A stretch of 64,000 nucleotides of DNA from Podarcis vaucheri (Eukaryota): the NCBI GenBank assembly GCA_965113315.1, contig OZ220367.1; one strand, 5' to 3'. Position numbers and translations under genes: made by a program. Below the pieces are notes generated by a model. It worked only from the letters and a program-made list of their open reading frames with translations. It had not been told where the DNA came from and made no database searches. Position 1 is the first letter of the stretch. Each line of letters opens with the position of its first letter. Of the stretch, positions 37,300 through 49,459 are shown one piece after another.

Positions 37300-38130
37300 A
37301 GGCCACATCTATCTGAAAACACTTCTAGGCAGAAAGAAAGCATGTAGTTGCAGAACAAAGAAAGCCAGGGCTACCTTAATCTCAGCAGCGCAAGGCAGCC
37401 AGTAGCTATTTTTCGAGTCTGCTCTCTCTCTCCCCCCTCTCCGAGGGCATCCTGCGCTCTCGCTCTTTTTCTTTGCCTGTCCAGCTCCTGCACAACACAC
37501 ATCAATTATTCATCGCTTGTCTCCCGGTTTCCAGGCAAAACCAATCACAGATGGAGCCTTGCTAATGGGCTCATGCCGTACTTGCCAACAGGCTATTTGT
37601 GCTGCCAGCGACAACCCTCCAGAGACAATAAAGGGAGAATCGGGTTCGGCTTTAGAACTTCACACATCTACGCGGACAGACCTGAAACAAGCGAGGGGGC
37701 ACGCAGTGGCGTCTGCATGACATTGCTGGGAGAGGGTGGGCGGGCGGGTGTCTGTGTGCAGCGCTTGCAAATATGAAAGGAGGCTCCATTAACAAAAAAG
37801 AAAAACACCCTTCTCTCTCTCCCCCTCCCCAACGCCGCTTGAAAGGACTGGAAAGAGATGAGGAGGGGGAGAGAAATAAAGGAGAGGAGGGGGGGAATCA
37901 AACACTAGGAAAATTCTCACCTCAACTGCATGTTACTGGTATTGATGGTTTCCTTTTGCTGTCTCTAGTGGTCCATCCCTTTGCTCTCCCATTATACCCA
38001 TCTATCACTTACGTGCGCACGCACGCACACTCACACACTCACACAGAGATACACACAAGCAGACACAGCCACTTTGCCAGAAGGGAGAGAGAAAGAGAAC
38101 GGGAGAGGGAGTGGGGTGGGATGGGGTGGG
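37300..38130 (-). promoter_or_regulatory. Probable multi-start promoter / alternative first-exon region
   Basis: No recognisable TE, locally CpG-richer, CCAAT at ~37541, ATGAATAATTGAT homeo/POU-like site, purine tracts; minus-strand donors at 38012 (CAC|GTAAGT), 37920 (GAG|GTGAGA), 37581 (CAA|GTACGG), 37374 (AAG|GTAGCC). Confidence 0.55.
37582..37681 (-). other. Candidate 100-nt 5'-UTR exon
   Basis: Minus strand ccccctcgcttgtttcag|GTCTGTCCG...TTGGCAA|gtacgg. Confidence 0.45.
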
Positions 38131-39149
38131 GGGGAATCCAGGCATCTCACATTTCAAACTTGCAAGCAGGGGTGGTGCTAGGAATATTAGGACAAAGGGT
38201 TGCTCTCTGGAACGCCGCCAAGAGGCTAAAATTACCCCCCTCGATCAATTAATCAGAAGCAACACTTGTTTGAGTGTGTCTAGCAAGCCATTAAGGGCGC
38301 CTGGTCAAAAAAAGGGCTTCTGTTTGGGAAAGAGCTGGTGTACAGGGTCTCCCTGCATCCCCTATTTAGAAATACTGTTGACTAAATCCATCAAACTAGT
38401 CAAGCTAATTAAGTGTCTAGAGGAGGAAGGTTCTGCTTTTTAGGAGACAGCAGCGACGTTGGTGGCTTCCTGCGTGAAGGCAATCAGCCGACAAAAAGGA
38501 AGGGGAGGAAGTGGACACACGCCACCTGTACCAGAAATTCATATTGGCGTAATTCTGGCATGAATCACTGTTTGAAAGGACAAAACAAAGAGGGTTGTTG
38601 CCATTTCGTCAGCTAGTACACCTGAAAAGAAGCTGGAGGTGGATGGATTTGGAGCCGAGCTTTCATTTGGCTGTATTTCTCACATCCAGCAGGTTACTCT
38701 CTGGGGAACATCCAGTATTTATGCAAACCTTTATGTGCTCAAAGCTCAGCACAAACTACATGTGAGAAGCAACTGCAGTCTAATTATTTGGCCTGCGTTC
38801 ACACACGTCTGGAAGCTTAACGCAGGAAAGGAGCAACACACACAATTAGAATGGAAAAAGACACTTTTACTGCTCGGCCAAATTTACAGTAATTATGGCT
38901 TTCTTTGACCTAGTTGTCATCTGTTCCACATTATTTGCCCCAACCCATTCCTCAGATCCAGAAGTGACTTGTGGGACCATTCTTGTGCCAGCAGATTATA
39001 AAATGGGAAGCTGTCAAAGGACAGCAGAACATTTAGGATACTTCAAGGAGAGTTGTGTGTATGCTATAATTCTGTAAGATCACAGGGCAAAGAACCCCAA
39101 AGGATGCAATGGGTCAATGGGTCTGTCTGCTAACCAGGGATGGCTGTGG

Positions 39150-39222
39150 GCAGGATTCCTGCATTTGCAGGGGGTTGGGGTAGATGACCCATGGGGTCCC
39201 TTCCAACTCCACAATTCTGTGG
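39150..39222 (+). mobile_element. SINE/CR1-type 3' tail fragment
   Basis: ATTCCTGCATTTGCAGGGGGTTGGGGTAGATGACC...CCCTTCCAACTCCACAATTCTGTG. Confidence 0.7.
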
Positions 39223-39887
39223 TGCAGAATAGAGCACAGAATTTAGGTTCTGGAATCTCAGCTTTTTAAAAAGCAATTTTCTAGCTCTTATGGCTCAAAA
39301 ATATGCTTGATAATATGTAAACAAACTCTGAAGGAATCTCAGGAGAGGTGACTGTGTAGAATTTCAAGTGGTTGAACCACAGCTCCTTGTCCTTCCCATG
39401 ACTATCAGAACTATCCAAATTTACTCAGTATATTTTATACAGGTCGCAGAACTCAGATTCCCCACCCCCCCCACCCAGAATGAACTATGGATTGCTTGGA
39501 AACAGTTCTAAATTTATTTATTTAATTTACTGAATCTGGGATGTGGAGCTGTGATGTGTTGTTTAATCCTCCAAGCAGTAGATCAGGACCCTATACAAGG
39601 CATGTCAGTGCAATTACTATTACAGTATAAACAAATCTGATATCTAGGAAGGGATGCCTAAGTTCAGGATCTGATGTTTCTTACAAAAGTACATGATCCT
39701 GAGCTTGTAGATGCCTTACCCAGATACTCAGGAGCGTAACAAAGGGAGAATAAAGAATCAGGGTTCTAATGTTCTGAACAAGTGAGGAAGGTGAAGAATC
39801 ATAATGGAGATAAAGGAGTCCCAAACCAATTTCACTGCCCCACAAAGAGATAGTACTTAAGAGAATAATTTATGGGCTAGGAAATCC

Positions 39888-40235
39888 CAGTGCCAGATAT
39901 ATATACCCTGTGGAGCCCCCTAGGCAGCAGAATTCTTGGGGGCCCCCTTGTAAAACTAAGAAAGCTTGATTGTAAAAAGGTACGGGGCCCATAGGCCTCT
40001 CTGCCTACAGTGGTACCTTGGGTTACATACGCTTCAGGTTACAGACTCCGCTAACCCATAAACAGTACCTCGGGTTAAGAACTTTGCTTCAGGATGAGAA
40101 CAGAAATCGTGCTCCGGCGGCGCGGCAGCAGCGGGAGTTCCATTAGCTAAAGTGGTGCTTCAGGTTAAGAACGGACCTCCAGAACGAATTAAGTTCTTAA
40201 CCCGAGGTACCACTGTATTTGGCAATCTAGCACTG
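39888..40235. mobile_element. Older hAT MITE hosting a TcMar MITE
   Basis: TIR CAGTGCCAGAT/ATCTAGCACTG; 8-bp flanks GGAAATCC/GGAAGTCC (7/8). Confidence 0.7.
40008..40215. mobile_element. TcMar MITE, family T1, copy 2
   Basis: TA-CAGTGGTACCTTGGGTTA...TAACCCGAGGTACCACTG-TA. Confidence 0.92.
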
Positions 40236-40311
40236 GGAAGTCCCCAGTTCAAATTAAAGCTGTGCCAAATTTCCAGGAGTTTCAAGGTTTAGCACAAAGG
40301 TATGGGGGGGG

Positions 40312-40657
40312 GGGACGTGGGTGGCGCTGTGAGTTAAACCACAGAGCCTAGGACTTGCCAATCAGAAGGTCGGCGGTTCGAATCCCTGTGATGGGGTGAG
40401 CTCCCGTTGCTCGGTCCTTGCTCCTGCCAACCTAGCAGTTCGAAATCATGTCAAAGTGCAAGTAGATAAATAGGTACCGCTCCAGCGGGAAGGTAAACTG
40501 CATTTCCGTGCACTGCTCTGGTTCGCCAGAAGCGGCTTAGTCATGCTGGCCACATGACCTGGAAGCTGTATGCCGGCTCCCTCCGCCAATAAAGCGAGAT
40601 GAGCGCCACAACCCCAGAGTCGGTCATGACTAGACCTAATGGTTACCTATACCTTTA
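40312..40657 (+). mobile_element. Sauria SINE, near full length
   Basis: GGGACGTGGGTGGCGCTGTG head, GGTTCGAATCC B-box, ACCTATACCTTTA tail. Confidence 0.92.
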
Positions 40658-41514
40658 TTGGGGAGGGGCAACACTCCAGCTGAAAGGCAGGCCACTTCTG
40701 CCCCACTGCTGGTTGTTATGGAACTTCTTCCCTTGACATATTACTTCCAAGATAATGTGACTCTCAACAGGAAGAAGAAAAAATCCCAGCCATAAATTAC
40801 ACTCTGAACAGCAGCCTCATCCAGACTAACCCTCAACACCCAGATTACTAATATGAGGATAAAGTTGGCCACCATGCAGGACTGTAGCAAAGGTTACTGA
40901 GATCATTTATAAGAAACACTTTGAGCACTTAGCAAGAGTACTATATTCCTCTTATAGCAGCAGCTTTCAGTATCAAGATAGGAATATACTGAATATTTTT
41001 TCAAGAGAACGAATTTTGGATATTTTAACATTGCTCCAACTATACAAATTATTTACAGTTCCACATACCATACCTTTTAACAAGACTTTCAATAATAGTT
41101 TTAATGAATTCCTTATACAAGGTTTAAATTTCAAAATGGGAATTGAATCCCCGACCTTTTAAAGAACAACTACTTGGCTTTCGTTTCAAGAGATTTTGAA
41201 GCTAAAAGAAGTCATGTTTTCTGTATGGAGTGAATGATTGAAAAGTACATAAACAGGAAGCCAATGAGAGCTTTCCCCTTCTCAGAGGGAAAAGTGGCAG
41301 TTTAAGTTGTGGCCAACCAAGAACCAGTCTTTCCTTGACACAGCATCCTGTGGTAAAAAACCCACTTCCTATCCAAGCGCAACCTTCAAAAAATCTATCA
41401 AGCCTTGCCACAGATGCGCTTGCCTGGGCTATCTTGCCGATTTCAATTAAAAGAACAGAAAATTGCCAAGAATGCATTTTGCGTTTTTTATCTCAGACTA
41501 AAAAAGCAAAGAAA

Positions 41515-41665
41515 GAATCTCATGGCACCTTAAAGACTAACCTATTTTATTATGGTGTGAGTTATTGTGAACTGTAACCCACTTCATTTTGGTGAAGTGG
41601 GTTCTAGTCCATGAAAGATCATAGCATAATAAAATGTGTTAGTCTTTAAAGTGCCACAAGACCCT
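41515..41665. mobile_element. Penelope-like inverted (fold-back) terminal remnant
   Basis: TGGCACCTTAAAGACTAAC ... AACCCACTTCA / TGAAGTGGGTT ... GTTAGTCTTTAAAGTGCCA inverted arms. Confidence 0.7.
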
Positions 41666-42770
41666 TTAGTTTTATTCCATGTTTCTCCAGCTAACGCACC
41701 TACTCATCTGGAAATTGTTACAATAGAAGGGACCAGCGTCCCTTTGCAAGCATCTGCTGTACATCACAGAAATTGTTGTTCTCAATTTAAAAAATAAAAT
41801 AAAATAAAATAAAATAAAACCCACAGTATGACATTGTAGCAGGGTATTTGGAATGTCACTCTTTTTTATTAAAACAGAACTCATGCTCTTTTAAAGACTA
41901 TAATTATGTAGACAGTAGAGTTGCTCGAGAGTGCATGCGGGAGGAAGTGAGAAAATGGGTGTGTGGGGTGGCCCTCCAAGACTGAAGTCTAAAATTAGGA
42001 GTTGAGCCTTAGCCAGGTCTGTGGATAAGCTTATGTTTCAGGGGCTTATATACAGAGCCCTACTGATTGTTAGATCTTTCTGCAATTGATAAATGGAGTC
42101 ATAACTCAGCACTAATCACACAGGTGTTTACAGGGCTGCTCCTAAATGGTTCCACTCATTGTGACAGGTTTGGGTCCAACAGACATTAGGAATGAAGCTT
42201 AATGTATGTATGACTAAGCTTTCCCCATCTAGGTGCTGGGTTTGGATAATAAGCGCATGAGGGAGGTGCACTCAACCAAAGTCTAAGCAACAGCATCATT
42301 AGGAAGAATTGAGTAACCCTATGACCCTAATCCTGCTCTACCAATGGGCAACTACAGCCAGGTGCAACAAGTAACTGTCCCAGATGCGGAAGAGACTCCC
42401 ACAATCCCATCTGCCTCAAAGGACTCACGCAACTGGTCAGTGGAGTCGGGTAACCATCATAATGCTGCTGGGTCTGCATCCGCAAGTGGGAACTGTATCC
42501 ACACATAGCTGATCTTTCGGAAGCAGAGCTGGTGCTACCACTAGGCAGAGTGGTAGAGCTGCCTGAAGCAGCAGATGCTGTCCTCAGCTGCAGTGGAAGA
42601 CACTATCCCATCAGTGTCTCCAATGTTAAGAGACTCAACTGTCAATCTGGTTGGGTTCTGTATCTGGAACTGGGGGTGAGAGGTTGCCATCTGGTCAGCC
42701 TCTAAGCACAGAATGTCTTGAGTAAGCCTTGGTTAGCTTAGCCAGTGGATGACTCAGGAGTGTTATCTTA

Positions 42771-43025
42771 AAGGTAAAGGGACCCCTGACCATTAGGTCC
42801 AGTCACAGACATCTCACTTTATTGGCCAAGAGAGCCGGCGTACAGCTTCCGGGTCATGTGGCCAGCATGACTAAGCCACTTCTGGTGAACCAGAGCAGCA
42901 CATGGAAACGCCATTTACCTTCCCACCGGAGCGGTACCTATTTATCTACTTGCACTCCATGCTTTCGAACTGCTAGGTTGGCAGGAGCTGAGACCGAACA
43001 ACGGGAGCTCTCTAGGCTCTGTGGT
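42771..43025 (-). mobile_element. Sauria SINE, 5'-truncated with internal deletions
   Basis: Aligns to 45112-45466 with two gaps; flanking repeat TTATCTTA. Confidence 0.88.
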
Positions 43026-44562
43026 TTATCTTACTTTACTCATTTTTAAATGGTACTTTCGCTAAGCCTTTGAAATGACTCCAACTGCCTCATAGCGCTT
43101 CTCTCCCATATCAACATTTATTCAGGTGGCATTGTACAATCAAGATTTATCTGTGCAATCCAGAAGGCACAAGACTGCAATTCGCTTAAGGCCTGGGCCT
43201 CACCCACGGAGCTATGCAACTAAATGGGTTGATGGGATAAAGAAGCATTTCCCTATATTTTTCATACCATGGGCAATGAGGACGTTTTTGGGAGTCCCCT
43301 GCACCTTTCAATTACAGCATAAAATGCCTCGTACGATTCAGTACATCCTAACTCTCTCCCTTGCAATATCACCTCTACCAATTTCTCAGTCAATATTGAA
43401 ATGACACTCCTGTGCCCTGAAGGGCAGAGACCACTGGATGCATGGCGGCTAGAGTTTTTCAAGGCGTAGCTTCACCCCTTCATATAGCACACTACTTTGA
43501 CTTTGCATACAGTTTGGGAATCCATTAATTCAGATGCAGAAACCACAGAGCTGAATACTCATTCCTGCCTCACACTTACCAGTCTCTTTTCAAAAACACA
43601 CATACCCTTCCAAGATTGGACAATATCCTATGTCAAAAGTCAAACTGAGCTGAGACTTCTAAGGAGAAAAATTAAATGCATGATCCACCAGGATTTCTAC
43701 TCAAGCCCCTGCTTTTGCATCCCATTCATTTCCACCAGCAAAGTATGTTTTTAATAAATTTATACCCAATACATACAATTTCCACTTTAGATTTTAAAAT
43801 CTCTCCCCCCCCCAACTTCCTATGCAGTTATATCCATGGTCAAGTGCAAAAGTTCAGGGATGCTTCATTTTAAAAACTGCTTCCCAGTCCGTCCCTCCCC
43901 AACTCTCCTTCTGTCTCTCTCTCTCTCTTTTAGTTGAAGCAGTTCACAGTAGACAAATCACTTATCTAGAAATTATGTACTTACTTTTCCTTTGACAAAT
44001 CTTCAGCAGGTTTCTAATCCCACCATGCCACTTGAAATATCACTTTCTGTGATGACATTTGAGTCACAGTTGTCACAGGCACCAGGCACTGTAGTTAAAT
44101 GGATTAAATCATACTTCATAGCACATTGCATTTTGGACAAGGAGTGGTTTATCATTGGTAGAAATTAATCATAACAGGTCTTCCCCCCTCCAGGGCAAAT
44201 TCCCAATCATTTTCAAAGATTACTATGTTTAAGCTCCAGTGACGACTGTGTGTCAAATTACATCATGGGAAATGTTGTCTCACAGGGATAACTATTTAAA
44301 AGCTCCCACTGAAGTCTTTTTATACCAGGGAGGAGTATATGTCTGTATTGGGGCGGAATATTGCAATAGAGAAGAACTGGACCAAGAGTGATGATTAGCT
44401 CCAGAACCTACAAAACACGGCTTCTGTTTTGTAATGGTAGATTTTGCCTAGTTTTTGCCTTTGGATAACACACACAAGTACACACACACATACCCCCAAA
44501 CAAATATTTCATATTATTTTAAAGCAGACATATCCAAAATGTACACATGTAGGCTTGAGTTC

Positions 44563-44810
44563 AATAAAATAAAATAAAATAAAAATTACTTATACCCTGT
44601 CCATCTGGCCAGGCCTCCCCAGCCACTCTGGGCAGCTTTCAACAGGATATTAAAAACACAATAAAAGGTCAAACATTAAAAGCTTCCCTAAACAGGGCTG
44701 CCTTCAGATGTCTTCTAAAAGTCAGATACCTGTAGTTGTTTATTTCCTTGACATCTGGTGGGAGGGCATTCCACAGGGCAGGTGCCACTATCGAGAAGGC
44801 CCTCTGCCTG
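44563..44810 (-). mobile_element. L2 LINE 3' end, (TTTTA)n tail
   Basis: Homologous to 21070-21295. Confidence 0.88.
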
Positions 44811-44984
44811 AATAAGTTACACTGTAAAGGTACAGTCGGCAGTCACAAGAACAAAATGTATGACTTTTCCCCTACATGGACATATACCCCACTATAAGAA
44901 AAATACTTCATTTTCACATATGAAGTACAACTGTTTTTAGTTCACTGGCTGAGCTACAGGCTATGCTATCACAGTAGGAGGCAG

Positions 44985-45107
44985 GAATGCTTCTGAGAGT
45001 GCTCTTGTGTTCGAATCCTGCTTGTGGATTTCCTACAGGCATCTCTTGGCCACTGTGAGAACAGGATGGTGGACTAGATGGGCCACTGGCCTGATCCAGC
45101 AGGCTCT
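44985..45107 (+). mobile_element. CR1-type 3' end
   Basis: GGCCACTGTGAGAACAGGATGGTGGACTAGATGGGCCACTGGCCTGATCCAGCAGGCTCTT; a Sauria SINE is inserted in its tail. Confidence 0.65.
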
Positions 45108-45111
45108 TAAA

Positions 45112-45466
45112 GGTAAAGGGTAAAGGGACCCCTGACCATTAGGCCCAGTCGTGGCCGACTCTGGGGTTGCGGCGCTCATCTCGCTTTATTGGCCGAGGGA
45201 GCCAGCGTACAGCTTCCGGGTCATGTGGCCAGCATAACTAAGCCGCTTCTGGCGAACCAGAGCAGCGCACGGAAACGCCGTTTACCTTCCCGCCAGAGCG
45301 GTACCTATTTATCTACTTGCACTTTGATGTGCTTTCGAACTGCTAGGTTGGCAGGAGCAGGGACCGAGCAACGGGAGCTCACCCTGTCACGGGGATTCGA
45401 ACCGCCGAACTTCCGATCGGCAAGTCCTAGGCTCTGTGGTTTAACCCACAGCGCCACCCGCGTCCC
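45112..45466 (-). mobile_element. Sauria SINE, full length
   Basis: GGGACGCGGGTGGCGCTGTGGG head, B-box, ACCTTT-type tail, TSD TCTTAAA. Confidence 0.93.
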
Positions 45467-46304
45467 TCTTAAACATTTACTTGTTCAGATAAAACCTCTC
45501 AATAATATAAACCAGGCATACACAACCTGTGGCCCTCAAGGAACCCATACCAGCCATATATTATTGCCTCACAAGTGTCCTATAAGAACACAGTGCCTTG
45601 CATTTGGCGTTTCAGGCAGGCAGGAGAAACAAGAGGTTTATTGAACTACGCATGGCTGGTAACCTGTGTTGGCTTGGTGGGTCACAAGCTGTATGCAGGT
45701 GCTGTGCGAATTCTTGCACAGTACTTCAGGATGACAGCACTTGGCCCTTATATCTGTATACTAAAAAGGGAAAGGAAAAAGCAACCACATACGAAGCAGC
45801 CAAACCAAACGAGTATGGTTTTGAGTGTTGTCTGTGTTTCAAAAAAGATGAGACACACATTCACTCCAGAAGTAGCATGAGAATGAGAGAAAAGTAGGTA
45901 TATTAACTCTGTGGGGTAGCAATGAGAAACTTAAGTTTGTTCAGCAGTGAGTAGAGCTCCAAGAAACAGTTCCAGGAAATAAGTGATATTTATGTTTCCC
46001 CACTGCTCTCTTAAATATAGGCTGTTCTAGGGAAATAAAATGCCCCTATAATCATAATTTAAAGGCCACATATAAAATGTATTGGCTTTTTCATGTCTAA
46101 GTATGTTTGTTTTGAAGTGTAGGATTGTAATGGTAAAAACTCCTATGGAAGGTGTCATAAGACACCTGGCACATTAAGGTAATGTGGTTAATGCACACTT
46201 TTTCCTGAAGTCGACTACAATATGGCACGTGAAGAAAAGATATGGCCTGCACTGAAGTCTGACTACCTCATATCCTCTAAGCAGCCCCACAGATTTCTGG
46301 GAGA

Positions 46305-46436
46305 TCTGAGTCACTAAAGCGTTTAATCTCAGGGTTGTGGGTTCGAACCCCATGCTGGGCAAAAACTTCCAGCATGGGGGGGGGGGGTTTGGACTAGATG
46401 ATCCTTGTGATCCCTTCCAACTCTACAATTCTGTGA
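46305..46436 (+). mobile_element. tRNA(Lys)-like head / CR1-tail SINE
   Basis: TTAATCTCAGGGTTGTGGGTTCGAACCCCATGCTGGGC followed by TTGGACTAGATGATCC...CCCTTCCAACTCTACAATTCTGTGA. Confidence 0.75.
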
Positions 46437-47757
46437 AGACTCTATGAAGACAAGGCTACGTCGACCAAATGCCAACTTTTGAAGCAATTCTAGTAGGGAT
46501 GACACACATGTGGAAATGATGTGAGAGATCTAAGAAGCTTAGAAGTGAAGCAAGATTTCCCCAAGGGTTTCCCCTCTCCCCCCCCCAGGGGGGCACATTG
46601 GTCCAATGTCATTCAAATCCCCACTCAGCTATTAGGTGACTTTAGCTAAGGGCCCGTGTGTCAAACTGTGCACAATGCTAAAACATCTTGGAATCCCATC
46701 ACTGGGGTTGAAATTCTCCTCTATGACGAGAGAAACGACATAACTTGAGGTCTATCTGAGCTTACTTAACGGAAGGGTGGGATATACATGTCCTACAAAA
46801 ATAAACAAAATTGATAGGCGTCTCATGTACAGTGAAGGTATTATGTAAAATGATGATAGGAAAAAGAAATAATAAATCATTGGGGAAAAGAAAACACTTA
46901 CTGAAGCTTTTTTGAATGCTCCCCCCCCCGAAAAAAAATTATCTAAGAATTTATGAGAACAAGATTAAAAACTGCAATTAACCTAGGCTTCTCTCTTTAG
47001 TAATTATTCATATACCTGTTTAGCCGATAATAACTCCTAGCTCCAGGCTGTCTGCCTGCAGTGCTAGGACACAGACAGGAACCTCTGCGAAATTGACTTC
47101 CCTGGCTACACTCGTGCTTGCAAGAGCTATTTTCAAGGGCAGATGTACAATGTTATATGGGTAAAGGGACAAGCAAATTAAAGATGGGTGTTCTGTCAGA
47201 AAAGTACTGAAGACCTTGCGTCAGCATTTACCTCCATTTATAAGACTTCGGGGCTTTAACCCTTTGCTTTCTATTAGGCAAGTTGCAACAAGCAAGTTAC
47301 AAAAACAAGACACGGTATCTACAATATTTTAAACAGAAACAGACAGGTTTTTTTTAAAAAATGAATGCTTTTATTGATTTAATTTTTTTTCTGGTTCCAT
47401 GAAGATGCTTCCATTTCAAATGCTAATTCAGTCTAGTCCCAAAGAACTAGCAGACCTGCTCACACTCATCTTTGCTGATGGTAAATGAAGAAATGGGTTT
47501 GCTTTTATTTATCTCCTTTTTGAAACATCTCCTTAGGACTCTTCCCCCACTTCCAGTTGTTCTGGTCTATATCACAAAGAGATGCCCACAAACCCACTCA
47601 CCACCAGCTGGTCAAAAGGTTAATGCCCTCAGCCCTCTGGCATCAAGATATCCAGTGCCACACAAAACCCCCAGCCCTGAAGTCTTCAAGTAAATAAGGA
47701 ATAGGGAGAGTCCCTTCCAGGCACTGGGAAAGATTCTTGCTCTTACACGTTCTACAT

Positions 47758-48135
47758 CAGAGGTTCCCAAACTTATCTGGCCTACCTCCCCCATTTCAGG
47801 AAAAAAACATTACTCAGAGCCCCCCTGGAAATCAACCTTCTTTAAGCGAAGAAGCAGGGCTGTGTCACAGCCTGCTTGCCATTGGTCAAATAGGCGGGCA
47901 AGCTGTGATCCACTTCCTGAGCCTGAGTGAAGCTGAAATGGGTTCACCCAAGCTCAGGAAAACCTGTTGCCTTCAGCACAACTGCCGGATCCGGGGAAGG
48001 TTACCGACATGGCAGTGAGTGTCATTACACAACAAATGAAACATATATGAATGGGTTTTCTTCTTCTCCCACCCCCTTATTTTTATTCAATGCCCCCCAA
48101 CTGCACCCGAGGCTACTTATCCCCTGGATCATTCC
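47758..48135. mobile_element. Partial hAT-Charlie-like element
   Basis: Left end CAGAGGTTCCCAAACT; no right TIR found; extent uncertain. Confidence 0.4.
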
Positions 48136-48614
48136 ATCACTGTACAGTACTATATAAATGAAATAAGACCATGCACCAATCAATGAGCAATCATACCGGT
48201 GTAGAAATCAACCATGTCATTCATTCAGCCAGTCCACTTCCTTCAAAGGCATGGGAAGCAAGCGTACAGCAGGGTCTTTCAGGCTGTTTAGGTATGGCTC
48301 CAATCATGCAAAAAGTGTTTTACATAATTCCCCCACGCATTTGCTAATGAGCCTCATATTCCATTGGTTACAGCTGTTCACACTTAGTACTCCCTTGTAC
48401 TTGTGAAAGAAATGATAGGATACACTGTTAATAGCTTTACTACATCTGCATTTGAATGTAAATACTGAAATACATTATATAGACGTATTAGATATTACAA
48501 AAATTCTGTACAGTACAAGGGTCAAGGAGGTTTTCAAAGTTTTCAATATCAGCAGATGCTAAACAAACTTCCCCCCAAACAAAAGCTTGGAAATTCTGCT
48601 CCTAAAAAAGAGCG

Positions 48615-48870
48615 CCCCGGATCAGACCATAGGCCTATCCAGGCTAGCACCCTGTTTCTCAAAGTGGCCAACCAGATAGAAATCCACTAGCAGAACATTA
48701 GGGTAATGGCCCTCCACAATTGGTTCCTCATCAATTGGCATTTACTGCCTTGGATATTGAAGATAACCTATAGTTATCATGACTAGTAGCCATTTATAGC
48801 CCTATCTTCCATAGATTTCTCTAACCACCTATCAACGCTCTCTAAATTGGCAGCCATTACCACATCTTGT
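48615..48870 (-). mobile_element. Old CR1 3' fragment
   Basis: GGATCAGACCATAGGCCTATCCAGGCTAGCACCCTGTTTCTCAAAGTGGCCAACCAGAT is the reverse complement of the CR1-type end seen at 45 kb. Confidence 0.55.
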
Positions 48871-48935
48871 TCAATTGTTTTTTGAAGTAACATATAGTGG
48901 CTAAGGGTGTGAACTGTGAGTCAAGATATCGAAAC

Positions 48936-49332
48936 CTTGTGTCAAACACAAGGCCCGCGGGCTGAATCCAGCCCGCCAGACCTCCTCATGTGGCCCGTGT
49001 AGCCGCCGCCGGCCTTCACCTTTTATTCTCGCCTTTTTTTTTTTTTACACAAGAAAGCCGCCTCTTCAGCGCATGCGCGGCAGCCTACAAGCCAGAGAAC
49101 GTCTGCCCTCTAGCGGCGCCGGCCGTTCTACACAGGAAACCTCCACTTTACATGCATTCAGGAAACCTCCACTTATTTTTATATTGAGTGCATGCCATCC
49201 TGTGATGTGACAGATCCAACGGCTGCCTGAACCCTTCTCTCCTGTACTGTAAGTCCTACAGATACAACCGGCCCTTTGAGGATGACCAAACTGCTGATGT
49301 GGCCCCCGATGAATTTGAGTTTGACACCCCTG
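48936..49332. mobile_element. hAT MITE, family C, copy 2 (left TIR damaged), apparently inside an old MIR/CORE-like SINE
   Basis: Near-identical to 26589-26991; flanks ATCGAAAC/ATCTAAAC (7/8). Confidence 0.9.
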
Positions 49333-49401
49333 ATCTAAACAGTGCAGATTACATGTTGAACACAAACTCATTAGGTCACCGGAGGTACACCAATATTTCC
49401 T

Positions 49402-49407
<6 letters not shown>

Positions 49408-49459
<52 letters not shown>
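49408..49459. repeat. Compound (CT)n(CA)n microsatellite
   Basis: Direct reading. Confidence 0.95.

Noticed and set aside
36968-38443. Long plus-strand ORFs (125-159 aa)
   Set aside because: They run through microsatellites and GC-rich promoter-like DNA; the splice signals point to the minus strand
46305-46362. tRNA-Lys gene (also tRNA-like heads at ~6100, ~27060, ~33710)
   Set aside because: Degenerate 5' halves, no full cloverleaf, and fused to SINE bodies or CR1-type tails
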